Below are positions 26,127 through 39,100 of a stretch of 64,000 nt of DNA, in pieces. Each line of letters opens with the position of its first letter. Positions within the stretch are counted from its first letter, which is position 1. The notes under the pieces were generated by a model, which did no database searches, was not told where the DNA came from, and was given only the letters and a program-made list of their open reading frames with translations. Both the position numbers and the translations under genes were made by a program. Source of the stretch: Mobula hypostoma (taxonomy: Eukaryota); assembly GCF_963921235.1 (NCBI RefSeq), contig NC_086097.1, forward strand, positions 104,472,001-104,536,000, read 5' to 3'.

Positions 26127-27223
26127 GAAATGGACCAGGTAAACTTGAGGGCAGGGTGAAAGTTGGAAGCAAAATTAATGAAGTCAATGAGCTCAGCATG
26201 TGTGCAGGAAGCAGCACCAATGCAGTCGTCGATGTAGGGAAGGAAAAGTGGGGGACAGATACCAGAATAGGTTTAGAACATAGATTGTTCCACAAAGCCA
26301 AAAAAAAGGCAGGCATAGCTAGGACCCATACGGGTGCCCATAGCTGCACCTTTAGTTTGGAGGAAGTGGGAGGAGCCAAAGGAGAAATTATTAAGAGTAA
26401 GGACTAATTCCGCTAAACGGAACAGAGTGGTGGTAGAGGGAACTGGTTGGGTCTGGAATCCAAAAAAAAGCAGAGAGCTTTGAGACCTTCCTGATGGGGG
26501 ATGGAGGTATATAGGGACTGGACATTCATGGTGAAAATAAAGCGGTGGGGGCCAGGGAACTTAAAATCATTGAAAAGTTTCAGCGTGTGAGAAGTGTCAT
26601 GAACATAGGTAGGAAGGGATTGAACAAGGGGGTTAAAACAGTGTCAAGGTATGCAGAAATGAGTTCAGTGGGGCAGGAGCAAGCTGAGACAATGGGTCTA
26701 CCTGGACAGGCAAGTTTGGAGATCTTGGGTAGGAGGTAGAAACAGGAAGTGCGGGGTGTGGGAACTATAAGGTCGGTAGCAGTGGATGGGAGATCCCCTG
26801 AGCGGATAAAATCGGTGATGGTGTGGGAGACAATGGCCTGGTGCTCCTTAGTGGGGTCACGATCAAGGGGTAAATAAGAGGAGGTATCCGCGAGTTGTCG
26901 CTGTGCCTCAGAAAGGTAAAGGTCAGTACGCAAGACTACAACTTGGTAGGTTTTATAGTAAAGTTAGGATTAGTGCGGAGGGAGTGGAGAGCAAAGTGCT
27001 CGGAAGGAGTGAGGTTGGAATGAGAACAAGGTACGGTGAAGTCCAGACGGTTGATGTTCAGGTATGCAACTTGGTTAATGTGGACAAGTTGGTAGGATTC
27101 TGATTTTGAAACTCTATGAACTAATCACTTTGAGTTTAAATTTATGAAACTTTCAATCTTTTATGTATGAAGGATACTTTCAAATTAAAAGACAGATTGT
27201 GGGCAGTGGCCTGCTTTCCTTAC

Positions 27224-27485
27224 CTGCTTTTGTAGCAGGGGATGAGAGGGCAGCCTGCCCCACCCGGGCCCCTGGCTGCAGCGTAACCATCTGGGCAACA
27301 CCCGTAAGTTTGTGTGTTACAGTCCAACACCCTTGACAGCAGGTCCTGCTGTGACTCGGTCCTCGATGGGTTGTTCAATGGGGAATCTGATTCAGAGACG
27401 TAATATTGAAACCATGAGAGCTCCGACTCCTGTGGAGCAGATGAGGCCGGGAGGAGATTTGTCTCAGCTTGAACAGGCAGCAATT
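27224..27485 (-). CDS. PAPLN: Papilin exon, spacer plus first Cys-rich repeat: (E)LLPVQAE...LDCNTQTYGCCPDGYAAARGPGGAGCPLIPCYKS(R)
   Basis: Pyrimidine tract + CAG acceptor 27488-27486, AG|GTAAGG donor; 262 bp, phase 1/2. Confidence 0.87.
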
Positions 27486-28489
27486 CTGAGGATAACCGAG
27501 TTGAAAGAAAGAAGAAATGTTGGAAAATGTTGCTTTTTAGTTGGATGAATTTGCAAAGGCTTGCGCTTTTTATAGTAACTTTTACAACCCAGGAGACCAC
27601 AAAATGCTTTTGAACTTATTTTGAAAGAATCCTCAAGGTTGACATGACCTGCTTCACTTCTTGTCTACATTTCAATGTCTATCACTTACAACAGCAGGAT
27701 GACAAAGATCAAACTGTGATCTTCGTATCTTAGTCTGGAGAGCCGGTTCAAGATTCAGGATTGTGTGCAGCAGTGGAAAGGAGAACAAAATGATCGTTAC
27801 ATGATGCAGCATAAAGGACATGAAACAAAAACATAACTAAAAATATAAAAACAATCCCATCAAACACAATGTCCAGGTAGACTGGTGCAATGCTAAGTGA
27901 TGTGTGGTGGGTGGGTTGGTTGGTGGAGTTGTTGCTCAGTCTGACAGACATGTAGAAGTGGTTCAGTTGTCTGGAAGATCTAACGTATGCTGTCCAGGTC
28001 TCGCAAGCTTGAAGTGGGTATAACAGTCCAGCACCCCCCTCGGTTTGGTTAGCACGCTAGAGCCGTATTTTAATATTCACTTGTTGACTTTGTCCTCAGT
28101 GTTTACTGATCAGACAGTGCTGTCAACGCTACACGACAGGGAGGATGTGATGCCCTGTAGAGGGGGCAAAGGAGATTTATTGGGGATCCTGTCTGGGATG
28201 CAGCATTTCAATTTATTTTGCTTTCCTTGGCATGGAAGACTCTGAAGGGATATGTCTGAGGTTTACAAGATTTTCAGAGGCATAGATAGGATGGATTTGC
28301 AACTGTTCCCCCGAGCAGAGGTATCCGGTGTCCAAAACCAAATGACATGGGTTGAGGGCAAAAATAATTGGTTTATTATTGTCACAGCACAGCACAGGAC
28401 AGGACCACCAGGCTCTTTTGTCCTCAACATTCTGAGGTGCAATTTAAACCTTTGATCTGCACAGCATCCATGCAGATCACTTCAAACAT

Positions 28490-29990
28490 TAGACCGTAAG
28501 ACACAGGAGCAGAATTAAGCCATTTAGCCCATTGAGTCTGCTCCACCATTCAATCATGGCTGATCTTTTATTTCCCCTCCTCAGCCTCATTCTCCAGCCT
28601 TATTACCTTTGATGTTGCGTCCAATCAAAAACCTATCAAGCTCTGCCTAAATACCTCCATAGCTGCCTGTGGTAATAAATTCCACAAATTCACCACCCTC
28701 TGGCTAAAGAAATTTCACTGCAGCTCTGTGTTAAATGGACGTCCCTCTATCCTGAGGCTGTTCCCTCTTGTACTAGACTCTCCCACCATGAGAAAGGTCC
28801 ATTCCACATCTACTCTGTCTAGGCCTTTCAACATTCAAAAGGTTTCAATGAGATTCTCCATCATCCTTCTGAATTCCACATGTTCCTCATCCCTTTCATT
28901 CCCAGAATCATCCTTGTGAACCTCCTCTGGACCCTCTCCAATGCCAGCACATCTTTTCTAAGATGAGGGGCCCAAAACTGTTCATAATAGTCAAGGTGAG
29001 GCCTCACCAGTGCCCTTCCAAGCCTCAGCATCACATCCCTGCTCTTGTATTCTAGACCTCTTAAAATGAAAGATAACATGGCATTTGCCTTCCCCACCAC
29101 CGACTCAACTTGTAAGTTAATCTTTAGGGTGTTCTACACAAGGACTTCCAAGTCCCTTTGCAGCTCAGATTTTTGGATTTTCTCCCTGTGTAGAAAATAG
29201 TCTGCACATTTATTTCTACAACCAAAGTTCATGACCATGCATTTTCCAACATTATATCTCATTTGCCACTTTATTGCCCATTCTCCTAATCTAAGTCCTT
29301 CTGCAGCCTTCCTGTTTCCTCAACACTACCAGCCCCTCCACCAATCTCCATATCATCTGCAAACTTGGCAACAAAGCCACCTATTCCATTATATAAATTA
29401 TCGATATACAGCATAAAAAGAAGCGTGTGAAACACCACTAGTCACTGACAACCAACCAGAAAAGGATCCTTTTATTCCCACTCTCTGCCTCCTACCAGTC
29501 AACCAATGCTCTAACCAGGCCAGTAACTTCCTGTAAAACCATGGGCTCTTAACTTGGTTAGTAGCCTCATGTGTGGCAACTTGTCAAAGGCCTTCTGAAA
29601 GTCCAAATATACAACATCCACTGCAACCCCTTTATCTACCCTACTTGTAATCTCCTCAAAGAATTCCAACAGGTTCATCAGGCAGGATTTTCCCTTAAGG
29701 AAACCATGCTGACTTTGTCCTATCTTGTCCTGTGTCACCAAGTACTCCATCACCTCATCCTTAACAATTGACTCCAACATCTTCCCAACCGCTGAGGTCA
29801 GGCTAACTGGTTGACAATTTCCTTTATGCTGCCTTCCTCCTTTCTTAAAGAGTGGACTGACATTTGCAATCTTTCATTCTTCTAGCACTTTCACCATTCA
29901 ATAGGTTTCAGTGAGGTCACCCCTCATTCTTCTGAATTCTGGTGAACACTGGCCTGGAGCCATCAGACACTCTCCATAAGACAAGCCGTT
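28490..29990 (-). mobile_element. CR1 LINE fragment, degraded
   Basis: ORFs with QHGFLKGKSC, YLDFQKAFDK, LVRPHL, LERVQRRFTRMI; 3' tail at ~28490. Confidence 0.88.
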
Positions 29991-30289
29991 TGATCGTTTG
30001 CAAGGTCCCCAGAATGTGGTGCCCTAAAGTCCTCCCTCTTGCAGCACACTCCAGCCGTGTGGCACTCACTCTGTCCACCAGAGGCACGGGTGAGCCTCAG
30101 TGTCTTCTGGCTCGTGGCTGGTGAAGCAAGGATGGCAACTAAATACTTTGTTAATCACTCTTTTTCTGGCAAACGATTATCACAAGTAATACGTGGAGGC
30201 AATTCGATGTGCCAGAACTGAGGCAAGGCGGCGGGCCGGTTGCCGAGAGCAGGGAAGAGTGCGAAAGGTTGGGCACAGGCCGAATCGAG

Positions 30290-30795
30290 GCCCCAGAGTG
30301 TATCAACGAGACTGAACACGATGTGGACGGAGGTTTACAGGCAGAGTCGAAGCCCCAGGGCCCAGGGCCCAGAGTGAATCGACAAGACTGAACACGATGT
30401 GGATGGAGATTTACAGGCAGAGTCGAAGCCCCAGGGCCCAGGGTGTATCAACGAGACTGAACACAATGTGGATGGAGATTTACAGGCAGAGTCGAAGCCC
30501 CAGGGTCCAGGACCCAGAGTGAATCGACAAGACTGAACACGATGTGGACGGAGGTTTACAGGCAGAGTCGAAGCCCCAGGGTCCAGGACCCAGAGTGAAT
30601 CGACAAGACTGAACACGATGTGGACGGAGATTTACAGGCAGAGTCGAAGCCCCAGGGTCCAGGGCCCAGAGTGTATCAACGAGACTGAACACGATGTGGA
30701 TGGAGATTTACAGGCAGAGTCGAAGCCCCAGGGTCCAGGACCCAGAGTGAATCGACAAGACTGAACACGATGTGGACGGAGGTTTACAGGCTGAA
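30290..30795. repeat. ~76-bp minisatellite, ~7 copies
   Basis: GACTGAACACGATGTGGA(C/T)GGAG...GCAGAGTCGAAGCCCCAGGG recurs (e.g. 30541 and 30617). Confidence 0.9.
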
Positions 30796-31226
30796 TCGAG
30801 GCAGCAAAGTCCAGCCTATCCATATAGCACAAGCCGTTGTTCGGACAGAGATTTAAGTGCCGGGACAGATTGAAAAGATCGGTGTGTCGAGGTAGGGACC
30901 GGTTCAGATTGTTGCTGTGTCTAAACGGAGAGTTAAGTGCCAAGCTGGATTGAAAAGGTCGGTGTGTTAGGACCTGAGGTGAGGTAGGGGCTGGTTCAGA
31001 TCACTGATCCACAATGTTTACTTGGCTCTGCGCTGAACGACGGGACTCTCTGTATGGACTTCAGTTCAGAAACACCATTCGCTTGTGGTTACTGCTTGCA
31101 CGATGCTTTTCTTCATTGCACACTGGGTGTTAGACATCTTTTTTCAGACATATGGGGTTTGCTTTTGGGTGTCTTCATTTCGTGGCTGCCTGTAAGGAGA
31201 TGAATCTCAAGGTTGTGTAAGGTATA

Positions 31227-33181
31227 CAGTGGCATGCAAAAGTTTGGGCACCCCTGGTCAAAATTTCTGTTACTGTGAATAGCTAAGCAAGTAAAAGATG
31301 ACCTGATTTCCAAAAGGCATAAATTTAAAGATGACACATTTCTTTAATATTTTAAGCAAGAAAACTTTTTTATTTCCATCTTTTACAGTTTCAAAATAAC
31401 AAAAAAGCAAAAGGGCCCGAAGCAAAAGTTTGGGCACCCTGCACGGCAGTACTTAGTAACACCCCCTTTGGCAAGTATCACAGCTTGTAAACGCTTTTTG
31501 TAGCCAGCTAAGAGTCTTTCAATTCTTGTTTGGGGGATTTTCGCCCATTCTTCCTTGCAAAAGGCTTCTAGTTCTGTGAGATTCTTGGGCCGTCTTGCAT
31601 GCACTGCTCTTTTGAGGTCTATCCACAGATTCTCGATGATGTTTAGGTCAGGGGACTGTGAGGGCCAAAGCAAAACCTTCAGCTTGCACCTCTTGAGGTA
31701 GTCCATTGTGGATTTTGAGGTGTGCTTAGGTTCATTATCCTGTTGTAGAAACCATCCTCTTTTCATCCTCAGCTTTTTTACAGATGGTGTGATGTTTCCT
31801 GCCAGAATTTGCTGGTATTTAATTGAATTCATTCTAGTAAATGTTCCCTGTGCCACTGGCTGCAACACAAGCCCAAAGCATGATCGATCCACCCCAGTGC
31901 TTAACAGTTGGAGAGGGGTTCTTTTCATGAAACTCAGCACCCTTTTTTCTCCATGCCTTTGCTCATTGTGGCCAAGAAGTTCTATTTTAACTGCATCAGT
32001 CCACAGGACTTGTTTCCAAATTGCATCAGGCTTGTTCCTCTGAACCTTTTGAATAGAACTTTTTGCCATGCAGGGTGCCCAAACTTTTGCTTTGGGCCCT
32101 TTTCCTTTTTTGCTATTTTGAAACTGTAAAAGATGGAAATAAAAGTTTTCTTGTTTAAAATATTAAATAAATGTGTCATCTATAACTTTATGCTTTTTGG
32201 AAATCAGTTCATCTTTTACTCGCTTAGCTATTCACAGTAACAGAAATTTTAGAACATAGAACATAGAATATTACTGCACAGTACAGGCCCTTCGGCCCAC
32301 AATGATGTGCCCACCCTCAAATCCTGCCTCCCATATAAGCCCCCACCTTAAGTTCCTCCATATACCTGTCTAGTAGTCTCTTAAACTTCACTAGTGTATC
32401 TGCCTCCACCACTGACTCAGGCAGTGCATTCCACGCACCAACCACTCTCTGAGTAAAAAACCTTCCTCTAATATCCCCCTTGAACTTCCCACCCCTTACC
32501 TTAAAGCCATGTCCTCTTGTATTGAGCAGTGGTGCCCTGGGGAAGAGGCGCTGGCTGTCCACTCTATCTATTCCTCTTAATATCTTGTACACCTCTATCA
32601 CGTCTCCTCTCATCCTCCTTCTCTCCAAAGAGTAAAGCCCTAGCTCCCTGAATCTCTGATCATAATGCATACTCTCTAAACCAGGCAGCATCCTGGTAAA
32701 TCTCCTCTGTACCCTTTCCAATGCTTCCACATCCTTCCTATAGTGAGGTGACCAGAACTGGACACAGTGTGGTCTAACCAGAGTTTTATAGAGCTGTATC
32801 ATTACATAGCGACTCTTAAACTCTATCCCTTGACTTATGAAAGCTAACATCCCATAAGCTTTCTTAACTACCCTATCCACCTGTGAGGCAACTTTCAGGG
32901 ATCTGTGGACATGTACCCCGAGATCCCTCTGCTCCTCCACACTTCCAGGTATCCTGCCATTTACTTTGTACTCTGCCTTGGAGTTTGTCCTTCCAAGGTG
33001 TACCACCTCACACTTCTCCGGGTTGAACTCCATCTGCCACTTCTCAGCCCACTCCTGCATCCTATCAATGTCTCTCTGCAATCTTTGACAATCTTCTACA
33101 CTACCTACAACACCACCAACCTTTGTGTCGTCTGCAAACTTGCCCCCACATCCAATTTTGACAAACTTTTGCATGCCACTG
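31227..33181 (-). mobile_element. Tc1/mariner copy (same family as 17565-18930) retaining the C-terminal DDE region, with a CR1 inserted in its right TIR
   Basis: TA-CAGTGGCATGC start and GCATGCCACTG-TA end; 228-aa ORF with WTD, QQDNEPKH, WPSQSPDLNIIENLW. Confidence 0.92.
32251..33153 (-). mobile_element. CR1 LINE 3' fragment nested in the Tc1 TIR; close relative of 8436-9360
   Basis: ORF from KFADDTKVGG to LDRYMEE; AGAACAT tail; AATTTT on both flanks (possible target-site duplication). Confidence 0.92.
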
Positions 33182-34068
33182 TACATACTTTGATAATAAA
33201 TGTACTTTGAACTTTGAACAGATTGCACACACAGATAACAATACACCCACAGGAGTGTTTCTTTCTTCCCCAGCTGTTTCACACAAGGAGTGAGATCAGA
33301 AGGAACTACTTACCGGAGGGAGAGAGGGAATCAATGTAGGGAATGGTCACAAACTCCTCCTCTGGATCAAATCCAGTAGGATCTTGGAAACTCGGAACAA
33401 CTGGAGGAATAAATGAAAAAGAATTTAACCAAGCATGCAGGTGGGAAAGAGTGTGTGTGTGGCACTGTACGTGTCACTGAACCTGGGCTCTCCATTGTGT
33501 GTTGATGGTGAAGTGATTTGGCTTACTATCACAGTTCTCTCAACACCAGGACAGCAGCAAACTCTTGGCAGATGATGGCCACTGTTGTCACAGCTATAAC
33601 ATGGGGGCCGCAGTGACCGTATGTGCATGGCAAGATCCCACAAGCAGCACCGCCACTAACCTGACAATCAGCGGCAGAGATTTGCGGGGTTCCTGGGAAG
33701 ACCTGTTGCCGTGTAAATGTCCAAGACCATGCATGCAGTTTCTGTTTAATGTCTCCCCAACCGCAGCCCCTCTGCTCCTCAGCCTTGGAATGGCACCGGA
33801 GTTAACCACCCCCATCATAGACCAAAACTCATCAACCACACACCAGAGGGGGAAGTGATATTGTCAGGGAGGTTACCATAGGGATGTGATCAGCAGAGGC
33901 AAGAGAGTATGTCACCTTCAGGACATGTATGTACCCCTTGCACACAGAGCTCACAGGAGCATGAACAGTGCAGGCAGTGCTCCTGATGTGGGATACCTGC
34001 CCTTCCAAGATTGCAGACACGATGGAGGTGAGCCTGTGGCAGAGGTCAGGGCACGGGACACAGCTCAC

Positions 34069-34219
34069 CTTGCGCCAGGTAGCAGGGCTGGGTGTTGCAC
34101 ACTTCCATCTCGCGTGGGTACCTCCTGGGGTCACACTTGCTTGGGTCCTGGTAGTTCCGTTCCTGGTCGTAGCAGATAACCTGTCGCTTCCTGTGGCCCG
34201 ACGCACAGCTCTTGGAGCA
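34069..34219 (-). CDS. PAPLN: Papilin exon, last TSP1 repeat: CSKSCASGHRKRQVICYDQERNYQDPSKCDPRRYPREMEVCNTQPCYLAQ
   Basis: CAG acceptor 34222-34220, G|GTGAGC donor; 151 bp, phase 0/1; ADAMTS-type TSP1 cysteine pattern. Confidence 0.92.
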
Positions 34220-35073
34220 CTGCAGGACAGTGACAGGCATGGGTCACACCAAGGGGACCTCGGACGGCTGTCCATCACACCAAGTGGACAGTGCCCGGTC
34301 CAGACTGAGACACACAGCTACAGCCAGCATCTCCTACACCTGGGGTGACCACCCTCCCAGAACAACCCTTACCACAACACCACGTCCTCCTACCTCAAAC
34401 ATCCTCTTATTCCACAACTCAACACCCCTCCAAAAACAAAAACACCTGACCTGCAGCAACAATTCCCTTCCCAAAGCACCTGTCCTCCTGTATTGTCCCA
34501 GAACACTGTTAGATCCAACTGTTTAATTTTCATTTTCTTTGGAGTTTAACAATTAACTATCTGCATACATTCTAAGCAGATCTTTTACGAGCTTATTTCC
34601 ACGACTGGAAATACAAAGCATCACCCTGGAGAGCTCTGGAAGTCTCTTTACTCCGCGTTACTTGAGTAAGTGCTCTCTCATTGGTTAATCTGCTACTGCA
34701 GTATTTGAATAATAGCTTTCCAATTGGTTAATTCTTATCTATAAATTTGAATGGAATTTCCTTTATGTCAGTGGTATAAAAACAGCTGTTCTGTGCTAGG
34801 TGCCATCTTAATCTCAGCTTTTCCTTCACTTGGCAGACCTCTGTCACTCTCTGTTCCAACTTCCCTTTGTTCTGCCAACTCTTAATAAAACGATCGTGAT
34901 GCCTCTTTCCTGACTTCAGAATGAAAAGCATCAGAATCCAGCAACACGCTCCTCCCACAACACCAGAGATGGTGGGCAGGGATGATCCAAGGGGACGGGC
35001 ACAGCAGGAGTTACAGTATTATCCATCTTTCCTTCCCAAGATCAGCACCACCATCCCAGAGCAGAGGACTCAC

Positions 35074-35247
35074 CAGGCCCCAGGCACCAACGTGCCAGGA
35101 GAAGACACGGCAGTGATTCCGAATGCAGGTCTGGACGGCAGCGGGCTTGGGCTGTGAGGAACAGGCCGAGTCTGGCAGCTGGTCCCCCTGCGGGGACATA
35201 CAGGAGACTGGCCGTGCCTGGAACCCTTCTCCACAGGACACTGAACA
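35074..35247 (-). CDS. PAPLN: Papilin exon, TSP1 repeat: CSVSCGEGFQARPVSCMSPQGDQLPDSACSSQPKPAAVQTCIRNHCRVFSWHVGAWGL
   Basis: CAG acceptor 35250-35248, GTGAGT donor 35073-35068; 174 bp, phase 0/0; CSVSCG and WxxxxW motifs. Confidence 0.92.
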
Positions 35248-35369
35248 CTGGGGTTGGAGGAAGATTCAACAATCAGAGAGGACAGCGCTCCTCAGTCCCT
35301 CCTGAGACACCCAATCTTTCCTCCCATCCACTACCCATACACACCTTTCCCAGCCCCAACACCTGACAG

Positions 35370-36140
35370 TTCCCCAGGGCCTGACCAAGTGCACCCCCTG
35401 GACTTCAGAGAAGTCACAGAGGCCTTTATAGAGAGATTTGCTTCATTGCTGGCCACTGGTGAAGTTCCAGAAGGGTGGAGGGTGGAGGGTTGCATTGATC
35501 ATGAAGGGAAGCAAGGATAAGCCAGTGAGCATGCCTTCAGTTGTAGGGAAATTATCAGAGGGATAAGATCTACTATTACTCAGACAGGCAAGGCCTGATC
35601 AGGAATAGTCAGCATAGTTCTGGAAGCTCATATCTGATGAATCGTTTGGAGTTTTTCAAAGAGGTAATTTTAGGGACAGATGAGGGTAGGGCAGTCGGTG
35701 TTGTATACATGGACTTTATTTCAGCCTTTGACAAGGTCCTCCATGGCAGGCTGATCTGGAAGGTTAGGTTGCACTGGATACAGGAGTTGCTCGCAAGGTG
35801 GATTCAGAATTGGTTCAATGATAGGAAACAGAGGGAGAAGCAGGTCACTTTTCCAGCTGGAGCCTGGGACGAGCAGGATGGCTCAGGGGTCAGTGTTGGG
35901 CCCTCCATTATTCATCATTTATGTCAATGATTTGGGTATGAATCTACATGGCACAATTAATAAGTTTGCCGATGAAAGCAGATTACAAGGAAATCTTGAT
36001 CAGTTAGGAAGGCGGGCTGAGGAATGGCAAATGGATTTCAACTCTGAGAATTCTAAGCTGATGCATTTTGGCATTCAAAACGGGGTAACAACTGTACAGT
36101 AATTGCAGGGCAGTGACAAGTGTTGTGAACAGGGTATGAC
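35370..36140 (+). mobile_element. Old degraded CR1 ORF2 fragment that runs into the satellite
   Basis: Remnants SPGPD, VPEGWR, YMDFISAFDKVLHGRL, QGSVLGPPLFIIYVNDL, KFADES, WQMDFN, MHFG. Confidence 0.85.
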
Positions 36141-39100
36141 CTTTGCGGAAAATGCAGGGCAGTGACGAGTGTCGTGAACAGGGTATGACCTGTACGGTAA
36201 ATGCAGGGCAGTGACGAGTGTTGTGAACAGGGTATGACCTGTACAGTAAATGCAGGGCAGTGAGGAGTGTTGTGAACAGGGTATGACCTTTACGGAAAAT
36301 GCAGGGCAGTGACGAGTGTTGTGAACAGGGTATGACCTGTACGGTAAATGCAGGGCAGTGACGAGTGTTGTGAACAGGGTATGTCCTGTACGGTAAATGC
36401 AGGGCAGTGAGGAGTGTTGTGAACAGAGTATGACCTGTACAGTAAATGCAGGGCAGTGACGAATGTCGTGAACAGGGTATGACCTGTACCATGAATGCAG
36501 GGCGGTGACGAGTATCGTGAACAGGGTATGACCTCTACGGTAAATGCAGGGCAGTGACGAGTGTTGTGAACAGGGTATGACCTGTATGGTAAATGCAGGG
36601 CAGTGAGGAGCGTCGTGAACAGGGTATGACCTGTACGGTAAATGCAGGGCAGTGACGAGTATCGTGAACAGGGTATGACCTGTACGGTAAATGCAGGGCA
36701 GTGACGAGTGTTGTGAACAGGGTATGACCTGTACGGTAAATGCAGGGCAGTGAGGAGTGTTGTGAACAGGGTATGACCTGTACGGTAAATGCAGGGCAGT
36801 GACGAGTGTCGTGAACAGGGTATGACCTGTACGGTAAATGCAGGGCAGTGACGAGTGTTGTGAACAGGGTATGACCTGTACGGTAAATGCAGGGCAGTGA
36901 GGAGTGTTGTGAACAGGGTATGACCTGTACGGTAAATGCAGGGCAGTGACGAGTGTTGTGAACAGGGTATGACCTGTACAGTAATTGCAGGGCAGTGACG
37001 AGTGTTGTGAACAGGGTATGACCTGTACGGTAAATGCAGGGCAGTGACGAGTGTTGTGAACAGGGTATGACCTGTACAGTAAATGCAGGGCAGTGACGAG
37101 TGTTGTGAACAGGGTATGACCTGTACGGTAAATGCAGGGCAGTGACGAGTGTTGTGAACAGGGTATGACCTGTACAGTAAATGCAGGGCAGTGACGAGTG
37201 TTGTGAACAGGGTATGACCTGTACGGTAAATGCAGGGCAGTGACGAGTGTTGTGAACAGGGTAAGACCTGTACGGTAAATGCAGGGCAGTGACGAGTGTT
37301 GTGAACAGGGTATGACCTGTACGGTAAATGCAGGGCAGTGACGAGTGTTGTGAACAGGGTATGACCTGTACGGTAAATGCAGGGCAGTGACGAGTGTTGT
37401 GAACAGGGTATGACCTGTACAGTAAATGCAGGGCAGTGAGGAGTGTTGTGAACAGGGTATGACCTGTACAGTAAATGCAGGGCAGTGACGAGTGTTGTGA
37501 ACAGGGTATGACCTGTACGGTAAATGCAGGGCAGTGAGGAGTGTTGTGAACAGGGTATGACCTGTACGGTAAATGCAGGGCAGTGACGAGTGTTGTGAAC
37601 AGGGTATGACCTGTACGGTAAATGCAGGGCAGTGACGAGTGTTGTGAACAGGGTATGACCTGTACGGTAAATGCAGGGCAGTGACGAATGTTGTGAACAG
37701 GGTGAGACCTGTACGGTAAATGCAGGGCAGTGAGGAATGTTGTGAACAGGGTGAGACCTGTACGGTAAATGCAGGGCGGTGACGAGTGTTGTGAACAGGT
37801 ATGACCTGTACGGTAAATGCAGGGCAGTGACGAGTGTTTTGAACAGGGTATGACCTGTACAGTAAATGCAGGGCAGTGAGGAGTGTTGTTAACAGGGTAT
37901 GACCTGTACAGTAAATGCAGGGCAGTGACGAGTGTTGTGAACAGGGTAAGACCTGTACAGTAAATGCAGGGCAGTGACGAGTGTTGTGAACAGGGTATGA
38001 CCTGTACGGTAAATGCAGGGCAGTGAGGAGTGTTGTGAACAGGGTATGACCTGTACGGTAAATGCAGGGCAGTGACGAGTGTTGTGAACAGGGTATGACC
38101 TGTACGGTAAATGCAGGGCAGTGACGAGTGTTGTGAACAGGGTAAGACCTGTACGGTAAATGCAGGGCAGTGACGAGTGTTGTGAACAGGGTATGACCTG
38201 TACGGTAAATGCAGGGCAGTGACGAGTGTTGTGAACAGGGTATGACCTCTACAGTAAATGCAGGGCAGTGAGGAGTGTTGTGAACAGGGTATGACCTGTA
38301 CCGTAAATGCAGGGCAGTGACGAGTGTTGTGAACAGGGTATGACCTGTACGGTAAATGCAGGGCAGTGAGGAGTGTTGTGAACAGGGTAAGACCTGTACG
38401 GTAAATGCAGGGCAGTGACGAGTGTTGTGAACAGGGTAAGACCTGTACGGTAAATGCAGAGCGGTGACGAGTGTTGTGAACAGGGAATGACCTGTACAGT
38501 AAATGCAGGGCAGTGACGAATGTTGTGAACAGGGTCAGACCTGTACGGTAAATGCAGGGCAGTGAGGAGTGTTGTGAACAGGGTATGACCTGTACGGTAA
38601 ATGCAGGGCAGTGACGAGTGTTGTGAACAGGGTATGACCTGTACAGTAAATGCAGGGCAGTGACGAGTGTTGTGAACAGGGTATGACCTGTACAGTAAAT
38701 GCAGGGCAGTGACGAGTGTTGTGAACAGGGTATGACCTGTACAGTAAATGCAGGGCGGTGACGAGTGTTGTGAACAGGGTATGACCTGTACAGTAAATGC
38801 AGGGCAGTGACGAGTGTTGTGAACAGGGTATGACCTGTACGGTAAATGCAGGGCAGTGACGAGTGTTGTGAACAGGGTATGACCTGTACGGTAAATGCAG
38901 GGCAGTGACGAGTGTTGTGAACAGGGTATGACCTGTACAGTAAATGCAGGGCAGTGACGAGTGTTGTGAACAGGGTATGACCTGTACGGTAAATGCAGGG
39001 CAGTGACGAGTGTTGTGAACAGGGTATGACCTGTACGGTAAATGCAGGGCAGTGACAAGTATCGTGAACAGGGTATGACCTGTACGGTAAATGCAGGGCA

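Larger units (their letters stand above)
23318..27105 (-). mobile_element. Penelope-like retroelement (RT + GIY-YIG endonuclease), frameshifted and interrupted by a LINE
   Basis: Remnants FYLLPKI, PGRPIVSAC, FL.LR.ICS; GIY-YIG-type YIGET..RLGDRFAEH..HF at ~23750-23990; hammerhead motif near the 3' end. Confidence 0.85.

Noticed and set aside
34069..35247. ADAMTS or ADAMTSL identity for the TSP1 exons
   Set aside because: The downstream order of GCC repeats, Kunitz and Ig domains is diagnostic of papilin
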